NCBI RefSeq assembly: GCF_040938485.1
Contig: NW_027270946.1
Location: forward strand, 3,844,001-3,908,000
Source of the DNA: Diadema antillarum
Taxonomy: Eukaryota
Direction: 5' to 3'
Length of the DNA stretch: 64,000 bases
Made by a program: the position numbers and the translations under genes. Positions within the stretch are counted from its first letter, which is position 1. Every line of letters begins with the position of its first letter. This document shows positions 61,628-64,000 of this stretch, piece after piece. Under the pieces are notes generated by a model that was given only the letters and a program-made list of their open reading frames with translations, ran no database searches and had not been told where the DNA came from.

Positions 61628-61828
61628 GATGACACAACAATTGCTCCATTCTTATTTTCTGTAAGGACTTTTGGTTGAGTTAGATCTCGTGATAGAGTTT
61701 TAGGTTTAGTTTGAAGGAAGGATTAGGATTAGGGTTGGGGTTATGTTTGTGGGTAGGTTTTATGTTTGGCTTTAATAGCAAGCAGATATTTCATGGGAGC
61801 AATTGTCGCAGGAGCAAATGTCATGGAA
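61628..61828. mobile_element. MITE with ACAATTGCTCC / GGAGCAATTGT termini and TTAGG(G)-like internal repeats
   Basis: Inverted 11-bp match; GGATTAGGATTAGGGTTGGGGTT core. Confidence 0.5.
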
Positions 61829-62167
61829 TGGAGTTAAAGACCTGGTACGTGAAGAAATATGACTGGTCTGATTGAATATATCTTCATTTGCTGTCCACTG
61901 GGGTACATTTGAAAAACTGTGAATAATGCCTGTCAGCGAATAGGCACCTATGTGCACCAATTAGCATGGTGTGTACACTTATTGGTAGTGGTCGACTTCA
62001 GTCAAGATTCTTAATCTGTGTGTGTACTTACATGGAAATCGATGATAAAGCGGTATACAATTCGTTAGTGGGACTTTCAAATGTATCAAAGTTGGACCAG
62101 CCTCCCCACTCATTGGTATCCCCATGCTACCACATCTTTTACATGCAGTGTCCCTCATCATACCAAA

Positions 62168-62741
62168 AGGGCTTTTTACACTTGCAAATTTTTGCTTAGT
62201 CCCGTGCCAACGGTGGGGCTAAGGGGGGGGGGGGGGCTTAGCCCCACCGTTGGTACCGGACTTTCCTTAGCCCACTTTCTGTTTACACTTGTTTTTGTGA
62301 AAGTGGGCTAGTTCCACCGATAATCCCGTACTATCTGGCCCTGCAAAATAGCAGGGTTAGCACCGCAATCGTGTTGCTAACCCCGCAATTACGGTGACAA
62401 GCAAGCGAGTGTAAACAGAACGAAAAAATAATCCGGGGCTGAGCGACGGAGACGAAGTCCGACCCCCCCACTGACCAATCAGAAACGAGGTAATCAAGTG
62501 CTGCCGGTGCGTGCGTGTACTTGTACAGTGCACAGCATAATCATGAATATTCATGTGGTTTGGAAAGTACGGGGCTAAGAAATATGAGTGTAAAAAGGTC
62601 AGTTTTCTCCTTAGCCCAGGACAAGAGCTGAGTACGGGATTTATTGGCGAGTGTAAAAAGCTGAAAAACTTGGTATGGGACTAACGATAGTCGTGGGTCA
62701 GAGAAAGTACAGGGTTAAGAAACACAAGTGTAAAAAGGGCT
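62168..62741. mobile_element. Harbinger-like MITE with CTTTTTACACTTG / CAAGTGTAAAAAG TIRs and an internal hairpin
   Basis: 13-bp perfect TIR core; repeated GAGTGTAAA, GGGCTAAG and CTTAGCCC motifs. Confidence 0.75.
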
Positions 62742-62935
62742 AAAGTTATTTCTACACCCAATGCAATCCCAGTCACTACCAGGTCATTCCCCACATCCAT
62801 ATCAGATATGGAGCAATGTGAGCATAGCAGGACTGAAGAGAATGGAATGTTTGCTTTGGGCAGGTATAATTAGTATAGCAATTGCCATAAATCTGCCTTT
62901 GTTGTTTATCTCTCTGATAGTACTTGTGACTTGCA

Positions 62936-63028
62936 TTAACCCATTCAAGATCAGTCCCAAGAATACTTTGGCAGGTGTCTATGGGAATTGCGTGTTATAG
63001 CAAAATCAGTCCATCCTCAATGGGTTAA
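62936..63028 (+). mobile_element. ~85-bp piggyBac-like MITE, copy 6
   Basis: TTAA-CCCATTCAAGA...CCTCAATGGG-TTAA. Confidence 0.8.
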
Positions 63029-64000
63029 TGAGATGAATGCAATGCAAAATCAGGAGTTGAACATCAGTTTTGTCTCTTTGAAATTTATATCATGCTCACG
63101 ATCTGAAAGGCAGACCAGCAAGGGGCGGGGGGAGGGGGTAGAAGAAGGAACATTTTCTGAAAAAATGCATTAAAAGTTGACTGGCGAGAAGTTTGCTTGA
63201 GACAAACCTGGATGCATAACATGTACTAAACTGTGAACAGTCTTGGTCACAAGCTTAGATTTGCGTTCAATAAGTGTGTATGCTTTAGCTCCATTAGTCA
63301 CCTTCACACCTTCTGGGCAACATATTAGATACCGGTATTATGGGAGACCAAACTGGAAATGGAAAAATCCCCCCAAGAAATTCAAACGGGAATCACAACC
63401 CTCTATAGTTTTCTTTCGTCTGACTCACCCGGAATCCACAGGTTTATACATTGTCAACCCAGCAGACGAATGACTATCGACGGAGTGTATGGCCAAAATT
63501 GCTAATGTCCGTTTGAGCTTAACTACCTCAGTGGATGCAGTACAATGACCCCCAGATCATGCATTCTTCTTGGAATTGGAAAGGAAAAAAAAATGAAAGA
63601 GAGGCAGTTGTACCTGACAAGAAATTCTTTACTTTTTTCTTACTGTATAGAAGTTCATCAAACTGTTTGTTTATTCAAAATATCACTGATAGTACTTTTT
63701 TTTTTTTGGGGGGGGGGGGGTGGGGGAATGGCATTGCTTTGCTGAGAGTTGGGACCCATAAGCCCATGATGTTAATGATCCTTTGGTCACTGGACTGGGC
63801 TTGTGGGTGAGAAAAAAAAAGTTAAAATGTTAGAGGGCTAGAGAGATAGAGAAAGAGAAAAGGAGAGAGTGAAAGGGAGAGAAAGATGAAGAAAAAAAAG
63901 CGGGAAGAATTTTTTCGTTTATCTCATGCTTTCGTGAATGATGAATGATGTTTATGATACTTTTGATATTGAAGTTATCCACTGTACCAAAGTGGCTCAT

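Noticed and set aside
17690-63725. Numerous 10-25-nt poly-G/poly-C runs
   Set aside because: Dispersed, often inside repeats, and run lengths are error-prone; no locus-specific pattern seen.
1-64000. tRNA, rRNA, snRNA, snoRNA or SINE genes; malic-enzyme exons expected from vertebrate PRSS23/35 synteny
   Set aside because: No convincing A/B boxes, cloverleaf or C/D box pairs by eye and no malic-enzyme motifs seen; an Infernal/tRNAscan run would be needed to exclude them.

Overview
Repeat-rich eukaryotic genomic DNA, AT-rich with many microsatellites and poly-G/C runs, and one N gap at 8027-8159. The repeat families suggest a marine invertebrate, probably an echinoderm-like deuterostome; that is inference only. 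The window opens inside an apparently intact DIRS1-like tyrosine-recombinase retrotransposon: end of gag, RT/RNase H/methyltransferase-like ORF, YR ORF, internal complementary region and right ITR ending at 3590. The only clear host protein-coding ORF is a single-ORF PRSS23/PRSS35-family secreted protease homologue on the minus strand (47662-48855), in which all three catalytic-triad positions are substituted. The rest is intron/intergenic-like DNA packed with MITEs, two Helentron-type elements with ~320-bp tandem arrays, two 5'-truncated LINEs, and a 4.6-kb three-level nested transposon carrying a palindrome-based higher-order satellite. The most interesting signal is in the DIRS element. An in-phase T-TTT-TTA slippery site, in a 13-nt context identical to the HIV-1 gag-pol site, precedes the ATG-less pol frame. 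A strong donor/branch/acceptor set (intron 200-2118) would splice out RT and fuse the same frameshifted frame in-frame to the recombinase. This suggests one frameshift plus one intron expresses both enzymes; it is an untested inference. I could not assemble any multi-exon host gene. All coordinates were counted by hand and may be off by a few bases.
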